DNA of 64,000 nt from an uncultured Candidatus Saccharibacteria bacterium (GTDB taxonomy: Bacteria; Patescibacteriota; Saccharimonadia; Saccharimonadales; CAIOMD01), in the NCBI GenBank assembly GCA_903859365.1, contig CAIOMD010000013.1:1081-65080 (forward strand), in the 5' to 3' direction. Both the position numbers and the translations under genes were made by a program. A model generated the notes under the pieces. It worked only from the letters and a program-made list of their open reading frames with translations. It did not search any database and was not told where the DNA came from. Every line of letters begins with the position of its first letter. Position 1 is the stretch's first letter. This document shows positions 44,985 to 55,016 of the stretch, piece after piece.

Positions 44985-46228
44985 ATTGTTTGGACTCCTC
45001 CCATATATTGAAGTAGAACTTCTGGAACTACTAATTCGCCTTTATCATTCTGATGATTTTCTATGATAGCAATCATCATTCTGCTCATTGCAGCTGCAGT
45101 TCCATTCAATGTGTGAAGATATTCTATCTTGTTATTTTTATTACGATATCTAATATTCAGTCTCCTCGCTTGATAGTCTGTAATATTAGAACAACTCATC
45201 AATTCTTTATAAGATTGATCAACTGGGCTCCAATACTCAATGTCGAACTTCTTATATGCGGGTGCTCCTAAGTCACCTGCTGCAATTCTCACTAATTGGT
45301 ACGGTAGGTTAAGATTCTGACAGAGCTCTTCTTCTAAAGCAATTAATTTTTGATGCCACTCTTCGCTCTGAGATGGTAGGCAAAATACGTAAAGTTCTAC
45401 TTTATTAAATTGATGAACTCTATATAAGCCTCGACTGTGCTTTCCATAAGCACCGGCCTCCATCCTATAAGCAGGACTTATCCCTGCATAAAGAAGTGGT
45501 AATGTCGCTTCATCTAGTATTTCATCAGAATGATAGCCAGTGATGGGTATTTCAGCAGTTGCTATTAAATTAAGATCTTCACCCTCAATTTTGTATACTT
45601 GCCGTTCTTCACCACGAGGAAGATAGCCTGTTCCATTCATAGTCCTTGTATTAACCATGTGAGGAACGGTAATAGGAGTAAAGCCTTTTTTTCTAGCAAT
45701 TTCCATCACATACAGTGAGAGTGCTAACTCAAGACTAACAAGATCTCCTTTTAGGAAGTAGAATTTATTTCCTGCAACTTTTGTTCCTCTCTCAAAATCT
45801 ACAAGATTTTTATTCTCTGCCCACTCAAGATGATCTATAGTCCTCTTATTTGTTGGCTCACCCCATTGTTTGACCATTATATTGGCTTCTTCTCCGCCGA
45901 GTGGCGTGTCATCGGGAATGATATTTGGTATTTCACCTAAAAGGTCTTGGTACTCCTTTTCAACAACTTCAAGTGAACTTTCACTTTCTTCAATTTCCTT
46001 GCGGATTTTTCTCCCTTTAGCAATAAATTCTTCTGTTGGCTTTGTAGATGAATCTTTCGAAGCAAGTAGCTGATTTCTCTGCTCCCTTAATTTCTCAGTT
46101 TTTTGGATTAATTCTCTTCTTTTTTCATCGATACTCAGGAGCTTTTTGATATCAGCTTTCATCCCTTTTTGTTTTGTTTTTTCGGCAACCTTTTCTGCAT
46201 TTTCACGAATATATTGAATGTCTAACAT
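44981..46228 (-). CDS. serS: Serine--tRNA ligase
   Basis: N-terminal coiled-coil arm, then a class II core (FRVHQFNKVE-like YRVHQFNKVELY, GTAAAMSRMMIAIIENHQ). Confidence 0.95.
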   Translation of the reverse strand: MLDIQYIRENAEKVAEKTKQKGMKADIKKLLSIDEKRRELIQKTEKLREQRNQLLASKDSSTKPTEEFIAKGRKIRKEIEESESSLEVVEKEYQDLLGEIPNIIPDDTPLGGEEANIMVKQWGEPTNKRTIDHLEWAENKNLVDFERGTKVAGNKFYFLKGDLVSLELALSLYVMEIARKKGFTPITVPHMVNTRTMNGTGYLPRGEERQVYKIEGEDLNLIATAEIPITGYHSDEILDEATLPLLYAGISPAYRMEAGAYGKHSRGLYRVHQFNKVELYVFCLPSQSEEWHQKLIALEEELCQNLNLPYQLVRIAAGDLGAPAYKKFDIEYWSPVDQSYKELMSCSNITDYQARRLNIRYRNKNNKIEYLHTLNGTAAAMSRMMIAIIENHQNDKGELVVPEVLLQYMGGVQTI

Positions 46229-46258
46229 AGTTATATTATACCCTCAATTTTGTTCAAT

Positions 46259-47035
46259 TTATACGGTAAGATTATTTTTTAAATATTTGAGAGTTAACTC
46301 AGTTCTACTTCGAGCATAAGCACAAAAGGCACATTCGCCCCCCATAATATTATTCCCAATTTCAGGGATATCTCCTTCAAGGCATTCTTTCATCGAGAGC
46401 ACAACTTGCTCTATCCAATCAGTAGTTCCTTCGTACGGGATAAGTTTAGTTTTAAAATGAAGGGTATCATTAAATTCTTCAAAATTAGACAGTCCGTTCG
46501 CATAAACAAAATATCCGGTTGTGCTTACTTTAAAGTCATTCGACTTTAGGAGCCATTGATATATTTCAAGCTGGCGTTTATAGGTAATTTGCCAGTCAGC
46601 ATCAAGTGAAACATCAGTTTTTTTTGAAGTTGCCTTGTAATCGACAACGATAAGCTCATCGTTTGCGTTAATCCAAATATCATCCACAGCACCAAAAAAA
46701 TTTATATTTGTAGGTTTATGATAATAGCGTATTCCAATAAAATTCTCACGCCATTTATTTAAATCTTTATGGGCAAACGGTATCGCATCAACATGGTTTT
46801 TAAGCATTATTGGATGAGGTTTTTTGAGCAAACGATATCCATCGAATTCTTTTTTGAATAATTCATCAATCAATTTGTTGATTTGAAATGGAGGACCGTC
46901 AGGTCGCTTTATCTTTAATCTTGTATCAAGCCAAAAGCAGCGCTTACACTGCATAAAAAGCTCTATCTTACTTCTACTAAGATCAAAAGAATTTTTTTGC
47001 CCAGGTACATAAGGTAAGGATCTTGCGTATGCCAT
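46259..47035 (-). CDS. PD-(D/E)XK nuclease, Cas4/AddB-like, with four cysteines
   Basis: GAVDDIW, IVVDYKAT (D-x-K), QLEIYQWLL. A CKRC pair near the N-terminus and a CAFC pair near the C-terminus. Confidence 0.65.
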   Translation of the reverse strand: MAYARSLPYVPGQKNSFDLSRSKIELFMQCKRCFWLDTRLKIKRPDGPPFQINKLIDELFKKEFDGYRLLKKPHPIMLKNHVDAIPFAHKDLNKWRENFIGIRYYHKPTNINFFGAVDDIWINANDELIVVDYKATSKKTDVSLDADWQITYKRQLEIYQWLLKSNDFKVSTTGYFVYANGLSNFEEFNDTLHFKTKLIPYEGTTDWIEQVVLSMKECLEGDIPEIGNNIMGGECAFCAYARSRTELTLKYLKNNLTV

Positions 47036-47052
47036 ATAACGTATTGTAACAG

Positions 47053-47763
47053 CTAAGCCAAAAAGGCTGCTGAAACTGCTGCGATTGCTGCCGTTTCAGC
47101 CCGTAAAGTAAATTGACTTAAGGAAATTTTCTTTATACCAGACTGTTCAAAAAGTTTTTTCTCATCCGGCGACCAACCCCCTTCAGGACCAATATAGAGT
47201 CCAAGTTCAGTATAATCTTTAAAGAGTTCGGTAGTACTCCCATCACCCTCAAGGATAAACTTTTGAATTGATTCGTATTCTTTGAATGATTCCCCCAGGG
47301 TTATTGGTTCACGAAGTCTTGGAATATCACTGCGACCGCATTGCTCTGAAGCTTCAATGATAATTTTGATGGCTCGATCAAAATTAAAATTCTGCTTTTC
47401 GGTTCGTTCACAATTAAGTGGAATGAAGTTTGTTACTCCTAGTTCAGTAGCCTTTTGAAGCACCCAATCATTTTTGTCTTTTTTCAAAACTGACCAAAAT
47501 AGATAGATTTTTTTTCGTGGAAATTTTCTTTCATATTCAGTTACATATTCAAGATGAACACTATCATTCTTGGAGATGGACACAATTCTATAAAGGCACT
47601 CTCGCTCGTCATCAAACAATACAAGTTCTTGACCTTCTTTATATCTTAGAACTTTTTGCCATTGCGCCAATAGTCCACTTTTATGCACCCATAGAGATTT
47701 AGCTCCAAGATTTTGATCTTTAGCATCACTTGTATTTGGAAGATAAAATCTATGAAGGCGCAT
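47053..47763 (-). CDS. rsmE: 16S rRNA m3U1498 methyltransferase RsmE
   Basis: MRLHRFYL start, IGPEGGWSPDE and RAETAAIAA motifs. Confidence 0.85.
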   Translation of the reverse strand: MRLHRFYLPNTSDAKDQNLGAKSLWVHKSGLLAQWQKVLRYKEGQELVLFDDERECLYRIVSISKNDSVHLEYVTEYERKFPRKKIYLFWSVLKKDKNDWVLQKATELGVTNFIPLNCERTEKQNFNFDRAIKIIIEASEQCGRSDIPRLREPITLGESFKEYESIQKFILEGDGSTTELFKDYTELGLYIGPEGGWSPDEKKLFEQSGIKKISLSQFTLRAETAAIAAVSAAFLA

Positions 47764-49286
47764 TAATCTTTACGTAATTTCTTAAAGATTTCAGGATAAA
47801 TAGTTTTTGTTGTAGCATCTATTTCATGGCGCATCTGCGGAAACGGCACTCCTTCGCGCGCGCTTACTCCTTCAAGAACCCAAAATACTCGCTCAGTATA
47901 CCCCCAACCACACGCTGGTGGCATCCCATATTCAAGCATCTCGACAAAATCAATATCAAGCATCATCGCCTCTTCGTCTCCTGCATCACGCATTCCCTGT
48001 TGCTCCATGAATCGCTCAAGCTGATCAATAGGGTCGTTGAGTTCACTAAAACCATTACCAAGCTCAGATCCTGCGATAATGGGTTGAAAACGCTGCACAG
48101 TGTTTTCATTATCTAGATTTACCTTACTTAAAGGGCTTATGAACTTTGGTGTATTAATGAGCCAGACGGGGCCAGCGATATCTTTACGAAGATTCTTCCA
48201 TAGTTTATCTATTCCTCGCGCTATATTATCGGTCTTCTCAACCTCGAGTTTATGTTTTTTAAGTGCAGCTTTAACTTCTTCTATCGTGCAACCAAAAACG
48301 TCTAAGCCATAATTCTCTTTTATCACCGTAGCGTAATCAAGTTCTTTCCAATCTTTTGAAAGATCTATGTCAAAAGAGCCTTTTTTAAACTTAAGTGTTC
48401 CAAATGTTTTTTCAATAACATATCGGTACAGTTCAGTCATGAATTTCATTCCGTCGCGCCAGTCGGCATACGCCCAGTACCACTCCATTGCTATATGCTC
48501 GGGTAGGTGCTCATCGCTGTAGTTTTCATTTCGAAAACGAGGGCCAATGTCATACACTTTCTCATAACCGCCACCCAGTAATCGCTTGAGGGGCAATTCT
48601 TGGCTAATGCGAAGGTAGAAATCTTGATCAAGTGCTGCCATATTTGTGACAAAAGGATTTGCGTCAGCGCCACCTGTTGTGTGTTCAAGAACAGGAATAT
48701 TTATTTCTACAAACCCGTTTTTGTTCAAAAAATCTCTTGTTGCTTGCCAAAAAACACTTCGTCTAATGAATCTATCGTATACATCTTGATTAATGTTTGT
48801 GTCGATATATCGTCGTCTGAGGCGCTCTTCTTTATTTGTAAACCCTTCTACTTTTGTAGGCAGAGGTCGTAGTGTTTTAACAAGTAGCCTTAATTCTGTT
48901 ACTTCAATAGAAATTTCGCCTGTTTGGGTCTTAATTACTTTCCCCTCAGCTTGAAGAAAATCCCCCGAATCAAGTAAGTGCAGTTCTTCAAGGCCTACAA
49001 TACCCTTTTTGCTATCAAGTTTTTCCACTATGCCGTCTTTAAGAAAAAGCTGAATTTGACCACTTGCATCTTTAAGAACAATGAATGCGATCTTGCCAAA
49101 TTTTCTTATAGATAGAATTCTACCTGCTAAAGAAACAGTTTTATCTTTGAATTGCTCAAAATGTTGCGCTACATCACCAGCCATATTGCTACGGTGAGTA
49201 TCTGATGGGTATGGATTAATGCCTAATGCTCTAAGCTCTTGAAGCTTTCGCAGTCTTTCATCTCTTAGTTCTTTTAATGTAGCCAT
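47763..49286 (-). CDS. lysS: Lysine--tRNA ligase (class II)
   Basis: OB anticodon-binding N-terminus, FRNENYSDEHLPEHIAMEWY, GWGYTERV. Confidence 0.95.
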   Translation of the reverse strand: MATLKELRDERLRKLQELRALGINPYPSDTHRSNMAGDVAQHFEQFKDKTVSLAGRILSIRKFGKIAFIVLKDASGQIQLFLKDGIVEKLDSKKGIVGLEELHLLDSGDFLQAEGKVIKTQTGEISIEVTELRLLVKTLRPLPTKVEGFTNKEERLRRRYIDTNINQDVYDRFIRRSVFWQATRDFLNKNGFVEINIPVLEHTTGGADANPFVTNMAALDQDFYLRISQELPLKRLLGGGYEKVYDIGPRFRNENYSDEHLPEHIAMEWYWAYADWRDGMKFMTELYRYVIEKTFGTLKFKKGSFDIDLSKDWKELDYATVIKENYGLDVFGCTIEEVKAALKKHKLEVEKTDNIARGIDKLWKNLRKDIAGPVWLINTPKFISPLSKVNLDNENTVQRFQPIIAGSELGNGFSELNDPIDQLERFMEQQGMRDAGDEEAMMLDIDFVEMLEYGMPPACGWGYTERVFWVLEGVSAREGVPFPQMRHEIDATTKTIYPEIFKKLRKD

Positions 49287-49326
49287 TTTGCGCTATTCCT
49301 CTAGATATCTCTTTATTGTTAACTGT

Positions 49327-49785
49327 CTAGCTTATTGAGTCTATGGTGTAGAAACTTGTTTCAGCCGGAGTAACAATCTCCACTTTTTCACCTACTTTTT
49401 TTCCAATCAGGGCCTTACCAATTGGTGATTCATCGCTAATTTTACCATTCATAGGGTCTGCCTCAACCGTTCCAACTATTTGAAATTTTTTGGTCTTACT
49501 GCCACCACTAAGCGAAACAGTTGAGCCCAAACCGACTAGTTTTCCATTTTTTGGTGCTTTAATAAGTTCTACGTTCAATAAAATATGGTCAATATCCGTG
49601 ATTCTGTTTTCGTTTCGTTCTTGTTCCGATCTCGCTGATGCGTATTCAGCGTTTTCGCTCAGATCACCAAGCTCTCTGGCGGATCTAATTCTTTCAGTAA
49701 TTGCACCGCGCTCAGATATCAGCTTTTCCATTTCAAGCCTAAGTTCATCGATACCGTCTTGCGTTAATTTAAATAATTTCTTCAT
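49327..49785 (-). CDS. greA: Transcription elongation factor GreA
   Basis: LTQDGIDELRLEMEKL..LGDLSENAEYASAR. I moved the start to the ATG at 49785, which is preceded by GAGGA. Confidence 0.9.
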   Translation of the reverse strand: MKKLFKLTQDGIDELRLEMEKLISERGAITERIRSARELGDLSENAEYASARSEQERNENRITDIDHILLNVELIKAPKNGKLVGLGSTVSLSGGSKTKKFQIVGTVEADPMNGKISDESPIGKALIGKKVGEKVEIVTPAETSFYTIDSIS

Positions 49786-49855
49786 AATTTCCTCTTGAAT
49801 AATTTGGTTATATCCCCATCTCAATAACTTGATTGTAAGTATACTTCAATTGAGC

Positions 49856-51106
49856 TTATCTTGCCAGTAAGTTTAGGAGTTCATCGATGGTAAGATTATT
49901 TGCTTCTTGCTGATCTCGTCTTTTAACTTCATACTCATTAGCCTTAGTAGTATTTTGACTAATTACTATTCTGTAAGGAAAGCCATATAAGTCAGCATCA
50001 CTAAATTTCTCACCTGGACGAGCATCTCTATCGTCCCAAAATACTTCAACATTATTCTTGATCAATATATCGTAAAGCCGCTTTGCAGCGTCGAGGACCA
50101 CCTTATCCTGACCTAACTGGGCTAGATATACTTTATATGGTGCTATTGATTCAGGCCACACCATTCCCTTCTCGTCTGAGAATAATTCTACAATAACTCC
50201 CATAAGTCTCGTGATGCCTATTCCGTAAGATCCAAGTACGACGTACTCTTCTTTACCTTCTTTGTTAGTAAATTTTAAATCAAGTTGTTTGGACTTGGCT
50301 GTTCCGAAACTAAATATATTTCCTACTTCAGCAGTTTTTACCTTTTTTAGGGTTTTCTTATTGAGTGATAATCGAGAAATAATTTCGTCGTTATATACTT
50401 CTTCGTTTATAGCTAATTTTTTGCTTTCATCGAGATACACAATATCCTCTCCCGCGTCTGTAATAGTCTGAAATTCATGGCTAAATTCCGTGAAAGCACC
50501 GCCTGAAGCGTATGTGAGATACGTTTTGTCACCAACCCCTAATCTATCAAAAATTTTCAAATAAGCTTGCGTAACCTTATCATAGATTTTTTGATGCTCT
50601 TCATCAGAATGGGCATAAGTATACATGTCCTTCATTACGAATTCCCGGCCTCGCATTATGCCACTTTTAGCCCTTAGTTCGTTACGAAGTTTGGTTTGGA
50701 ATTGATACATAGATTGAGGAAGATCTTTGTAGCTATGTACAAAGTTTCGCATCATATTTGTTATCTGTTCTTCATGAGACCAACCAAAGCCTACTTCAGT
50801 TCCATTTTTAAGAGCAGATTTGAACCAAATGTCTACTTTTTCGTCATCCCAACGATCTGTCTTTTCCCACAATTCCTTTTGTTGCAATGAGGTCATTATT
50901 ATTTCTTGACCGTCAATTGCATTCATCTCTTCCCTAACGATTGCTTTTATTTTCTCAATAACTCTGAGGCCAAGCGGAAGATAGGCGTACACCCCTGCCA
51001 TTTCTTTGGAAATAAATCCAGCTCTTAATAGTAGCTGAGCATTTTTTGAAGTTTCGTCTGAAGGAATTTCTTTAGTGCTATGGGTAAAGAGTTGTGTTGC
51101 TTTCAT
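49856..51106 (-). CDS. proS: Proline--tRNA ligase, bacterial-like but lacking the INS editing insertion
   Basis: Motif 2 region LRNELRAKSGIMRGREFVMKDMY and a C-terminal anticodon-binding domain. It is only ~416 aa from the ATG at 51106. Confidence 0.88.
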   Translation of the reverse strand: MKATQLFTHSTKEIPSDETSKNAQLLLRAGFISKEMAGVYAYLPLGLRVIEKIKAIVREEMNAIDGQEIIMTSLQQKELWEKTDRWDDEKVDIWFKSALKNGTEVGFGWSHEEQITNMMRNFVHSYKDLPQSMYQFQTKLRNELRAKSGIMRGREFVMKDMYTYAHSDEEHQKIYDKVTQAYLKIFDRLGVGDKTYLTYASGGAFTEFSHEFQTITDAGEDIVYLDESKKLAINEEVYNDEIISRLSLNKKTLKKVKTAEVGNIFSFGTAKSKQLDLKFTNKEGKEEYVVLGSYGIGITRLMGVIVELFSDEKGMVWPESIAPYKVYLAQLGQDKVVLDAAKRLYDILIKNNVEVFWDDRDARPGEKFSDADLYGFPYRIVISQNTTKANEYEVKRRDQQEANNLTIDELLNLLAR

Positions 51107-51122
51107 TAATAAATTGTAACAG

Positions 51123-51866
51123 TTACCTTGTCGCAAATAAAAAGATTGTTGCGAAGGCTATAAAATTTTTTGCAGCGTGCAGAAAGACACACATCCAAAG
51201 ATTTTTAGTTTTTTCTAAAAGTGCTATCAAAACGAGCGAGAGAACAAATACGTCTACACTGACATTCCATTGAAAGTGAAACAACGCAAATATAAAACTT
51301 GTAAGCAGCGCGGAAAAAATTTTAGGCCATTTGGATGAAAGTCCCTTATATAAAAAACCACGAAATACAATTTCTTCAGCAATTGGTGGTACGATAACCA
51401 AACCAATGAACGCAAGGCCAATTTGCCAACCTGCTGCGGCAGCGTACCCAACATCCTGTTTTTGGTTTGAATTAAACCCAGGAATAAATGAAGCCACATA
51501 AAGCACTATGGCGACAATAAAAATGTAGCTAATTATAGCCAAAAGGAGCCAGCCAAAATCACTAAATTTTATTTTCTTGAAACCTAAATCTCGAAGACTA
51601 CTTTTTCTTTTTTTAAGAAATATGATTATTACAGATAAAAGACCTAGGGCAGAAAATCCCGTCAATAACAACCCTATCCATGGAGAATTATCGATATAAT
51701 CTGAAAACTTGATTGAATTATCTAAATGTATTTTGCTTATCAAATATAGAGGAATTATTAAAATAAGTTGAGAAAAAATATAGGCTGCAATCGTGATGAA
51801 TATGGCTGCTGTCGGCCCCCAGCCAACTTTTTTGTTTTTTAACTGCTTGATTCCCACTTCTTGCAT
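51123..51866 (-). CDS. CPBP-family intramembrane glutamic endopeptidase (CAAX/Abi-like)
   Basis: EEIVFRG, FALFH and HAAKN motifs in a polytopic membrane protein. Confidence 0.8.
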   Translation of the reverse strand: MQEVGIKQLKNKKVGWGPTAAIFITIAAYIFSQLILIIPLYLISKIHLDNSIKFSDYIDNSPWIGLLLTGFSALGLLSVIIIFLKKRKSSLRDLGFKKIKFSDFGWLLLAIISYIFIVAIVLYVASFIPGFNSNQKQDVGYAAAAGWQIGLAFIGLVIVPPIAEEIVFRGFLYKGLSSKWPKIFSALLTSFIFALFHFQWNVSVDVFVLSLVLIALLEKTKNLWMCVFLHAAKNFIAFATIFLFATR

Positions 51867-51875
51867 CTTTAATCT

Positions 51876-53033
51876 CTAATAAAATCTCTTAATATCCACA
51901 ATTGCAATCACAACAAAAAGAATCATCAAAATCGCAAAACCTGTCCCATGTATTCTGTCTTCAGTTTTTGGAAGAAGAGGTTTTTTAATAATTTTAAAGA
52001 GCACTAGCAAAAAAGCTCTGCCTCCATCAAGGGCAGGAATAGGAAGTGCATTCATTATCGCGAGCGTCAGGCTTAACAAGCCTACGATGAATAATATAAA
52101 TTGATAGCCAAGTACGGACCCTCTACTAAGTAATGCGTATACACCAATTGGTCCTGTCACATTTTGGCTTGCTTGACTCGCTTGACTCTTTGCTTGGGTT
52201 CCGTGACCAATCACAAATAATCCAATGGAAGAACCTAGATGTGCTAATGTCGTTCCAAGCCCAACAATTGTTAGTTTAATAATCTGAAGTGACAATCCGA
52301 TTGCAACAATCGGAGATGACCAAGTGGATTTTACCAGCGTATAGTCAGTAGTTTCTATTCCTAGGTATCCTTTTGGGTTATTTGATTTAAGGCTATCTGC
52401 CACTGTCTGAGCAGACAAAAGTTGGACCTTTGACGTGATTAACGTTCCTTTTCGTATAAAGGTAATATCTACCGTTTTACCTGCATTTGTTTTAGTAAGT
52501 ACTCTGAGCTGATCTTGAGAAGCAACTGATGTTCCATTGAGAGATTTAATATTATCAGATATTTTTAAACCTGCCTTATCAGCAGGAGACCCTTTATCAA
52601 TAAAATTAATCAGAGCCTCCGATTTGGACACCTTAGTGTCACTGGCAACCGTAAACTGGTTATTTATTAATTTTGGCATCCCAAAAAAGGCAACAATGGT
52701 GAGAATTATAAATGCTGCGACTAAGTTCATAGCAACGCCGGCCAACATTATTTTTAATTTTGCTTTACTAGACGCGAGTTTAAAGCTACCTTTTTCGTTG
52801 TCATCTCCATTTTCACCTTTTAGTTTTACGAAACCTCCCAGTGGAAGCAAATTAATCGTATAATAACCCTCGAAAATACCCTTCCCAAGCCTCTTCCCCC
52901 ATATTTTTGGAGGAAAACCAATTCCAAATTCCTCAACATCAACACCATTTCTTTTGGCAACCAAAAAATGCCCATATTCATGCACAATTATGAGAAAAAT
53001 AAAAAGAATAATCCCCGTTATAATTAAAAACAT
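51876..53033 (-). CDS. rseP: Site-2 (M50) zinc metalloprotease RseP-like with PDZ
   Basis: HEYGHFLVAK (HExxH), PDZ region, NALPIPALDGG. Confidence 0.85.
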   Translation of the reverse strand: MFLIITGIILFIFLIIVHEYGHFLVAKRNGVDVEEFGIGFPPKIWGKRLGKGIFEGYYTINLLPLGGFVKLKGENGDDNEKGSFKLASSKAKLKIMLAGVAMNLVAAFIILTIVAFFGMPKLINNQFTVASDTKVSKSEALINFIDKGSPADKAGLKISDNIKSLNGTSVASQDQLRVLTKTNAGKTVDITFIRKGTLITSKVQLLSAQTVADSLKSNNPKGYLGIETTDYTLVKSTWSSPIVAIGLSLQIIKLTIVGLGTTLAHLGSSIGLFVIGHGTQAKSQASQASQNVTGPIGVYALLSRGSVLGYQFILFIVGLLSLTLAIMNALPIPALDGGRAFLLVLFKIIKKPLLPKTEDRIHGTGFAILMILFVVIAIVDIKRFY

Positions 53034-53046
53034 CTACATCATCCCC

Positions 53047-53742
53047 CTATTTACCGTATCTTCTTTGACGCGAGTTATAAAAATCTATCGCATCATCTAA
53101 ATCAGCATTCTTAAAATCTGGCCAAAACAGTTCAGTGAAATATAGCTCGCTGTAGGCAATTCGCCATAACATGAAATTGCTAATTCTCTGCTCACCCGAT
53201 GTACGTATCACTAGATCAAGTGGAGGTACATTATCTGCACCATACAATGCACTAGTAATACTTTCAATAGTCACCTTTTCGCCGAGCTTTATAATCTTAT
53301 TTACAGATTCAACAATTTCGGTATGTCCGCCATAGTTAACGCATAAATTAAAGCTACCGTTTGTATTATTTTTAGTAAGCTCTTCAGCATCCCTAAGCTG
53401 TTTAACAATTTTACTATTCATTTTTTCAGTTGTTCCCAACCAATTAAAACGAACACCTCTTTTGTGAAATTTTTTTATTTCATTTTTTAGCATTTTACTC
53501 AAAAAAGCAAAAATGAAGGCGACCTCATCTTTATCTCTTGACCAGTTTTCTGTCGAGAAAGCGTACACTGTTAAATTTTTTATACCCTTATCTAGTGCAT
53601 AGTCACCTATTGATTGCAAAATACTAAAACCTTTCCGATGGCCCTCAAGGGTCGGTAGGTTATTTTTTTTTGCCCATCTTCTGTTTCCATCCATTATGAT
53701 GCCAACATGATTAGGAAGAGTATCGGAGGATTCTTGCTGCAT
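53047..53742 (-). CDS. uppS: Undecaprenyl-diphosphate synthase
   Basis: HVGIIMDGNRRWAKK, IRTSGEQRISNFMLWRIAYSELYF. Confidence 0.95.
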   Translation of the reverse strand: MQQESSDTLPNHVGIIMDGNRRWAKKNNLPTLEGHRKGFSILQSIGDYALDKGIKNLTVYAFSTENWSRDKDEVAFIFAFLSKMLKNEIKKFHKRGVRFNWLGTTEKMNSKIVKQLRDAEELTKNNTNGSFNLCVNYGGHTEIVESVNKIIKLGEKVTIESITSALYGADNVPPLDLVIRTSGEQRISNFMLWRIAYSELYFTELFWPDFKNADLDDAIDFYNSRQRRYGK

Positions 53743-53747
53743 ATAAA

Positions 53748-54311
53748 TTAAATGGTCATTATTTCTTGTTCTTTGATTTTCGCAACAGCCTCAATTTCAT
53801 TTTTTGTTTTAGCCATTAAATCCTCAACCTGTTTAGTGCTTCGAGTTAAATCATCTTCACTTATTTGCTTATCATTTTTCATTTCTTTTAATGAATCCAG
53901 AGTCTCGTGACGAATACCTCTACAAGAAATTAATGCATTCTCGATTTTTTCTTTTAGTTGCTTAACAATTTCCTGTCTTCTTTCAGTTGTAAGAGGCGGA
54001 ATAGGAATTCTAATAATTCTTCCATCATCACTAGGATTCATTCCCAGCGAAGGGTTATTTCTAATAGTGTCTGAAATGACCGAGAGATTTGTGGGGTCAA
54101 ATGGACTTACCTGCAGTAATTGAGCTTCTGGGGTTGTTATGGTGGCCAACTGATTAAGAGGCATTTGAGTTCCATAGGCAACCACTAGAACACTATCTAA
54201 CTGACTTGGATGAGCCCTTCCAGTTCTAATTTTTTTCAAATCTTCAGCGAAATGACTTACGACGTTTGAAAACTTTGCTTTTGATCCATCAATAATTTGA
54301 CTCTGGTTCAT
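53748..54311 (-). CDS. frr: Ribosome recycling factor
   Basis: 187 aa, FAEDLKKIRTGRAHPSQLD, PPLTTERRQEIVK. Confidence 0.95.
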   Translation of the reverse strand: MNQSQIIDGSKAKFSNVVSHFAEDLKKIRTGRAHPSQLDSVLVVAYGTQMPLNQLATITTPEAQLLQVSPFDPTNLSVISDTIRNNPSLGMNPSDDGRIIRIPIPPLTTERRQEIVKQLKEKIENALISCRGIRHETLDSLKEMKNDKQISEDDLTRSTKQVEDLMAKTKNEIEAVAKIKEQEIMTI

Positions 54312-54346
54312 AATTTCCCTTTTTACTACTAGTCAGTATACAACAA

Positions 54347-54370
54347 TAAAACGAGCAGACACTCGTTTTA
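54347..54370 (-). terminator. Possible terminator after tsf
   Basis: TAAAACGAG-6 nt-CTCGTTTTA, followed on the minus strand by TTGTTGT. The stem is AT-rich. Confidence 0.45.
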
Positions 54371-54399
54371 TGTAGATATTTTTTTATTATTTAAAAAGT

Positions 54400-54996
54400 T
54401 TAGAGTACTTCACCAAGTGCCATACGATTAAATCGCTTGACTACAATATTTTCACCTAAAATAGCAATATTGTTTTTAATGTAATCACCGACACTAACTT
54501 CTTGATTCTTAATGAAAGGTTGCTCCAGAAGACATCGTTCAGCAAGTGCTTTTGCAAGCATGCCTTCAACGATTTGTGGAATCATTTTTGCGGGTTTTCC
54601 ATCTTTTGCTACTTTTTCCTCAAATTCTTTCTTAAGTGAAGATACTACTTCTTTTGGGACATTTTCTTGAGAAATAAATTCAGGGGCGCTTGCAGCAATA
54701 TGCATTGAAATATCTTTTACGAGCTCTGTGAACTTTTCGTTCCGTGCAACAAAGTCTGTTTCGCAGTTGACCTCAACAAGCACACCAATTCGACTATCAT
54801 GAACATAACTCCCAATGACTCCACTCCGAGCCTCTCTTTCACCGCGCTTGTCAGCCTTAGTCATACCTTTTTTTCGCATCGCTTCAAGCGCTTTGTCAAA
54901 ATCACCGTCCGTATCTACCAGTGCATGTTTAGCATCAGTTATACCCACTCCGGTTAGCTCTCTCAGCCTCTTGATAGTTTCTAAATCTATTTTCAT
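54400..54996 (-). CDS. tsf: Elongation factor Ts (short form)
   Basis: UBA-like LRELTGVGITDAKHALVDTDGDFDKALEAMRKKG. 198 aa. Confidence 0.9.
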   Translation of the reverse strand: MKIDLETIKRLRELTGVGITDAKHALVDTDGDFDKALEAMRKKGMTKADKRGEREARSGVIGSYVHDSRIGVLVEVNCETDFVARNEKFTELVKDISMHIAASAPEFISQENVPKEVVSSLKKEFEEKVAKDGKPAKMIPQIVEGMLAKALAERCLLEQPFIKNQEVSVGDYIKNNIAILGENIVVKRFNRMALGEVL

Positions 54997-55016
54997 AATT
55001 CTAAATTCCTTTTTTA

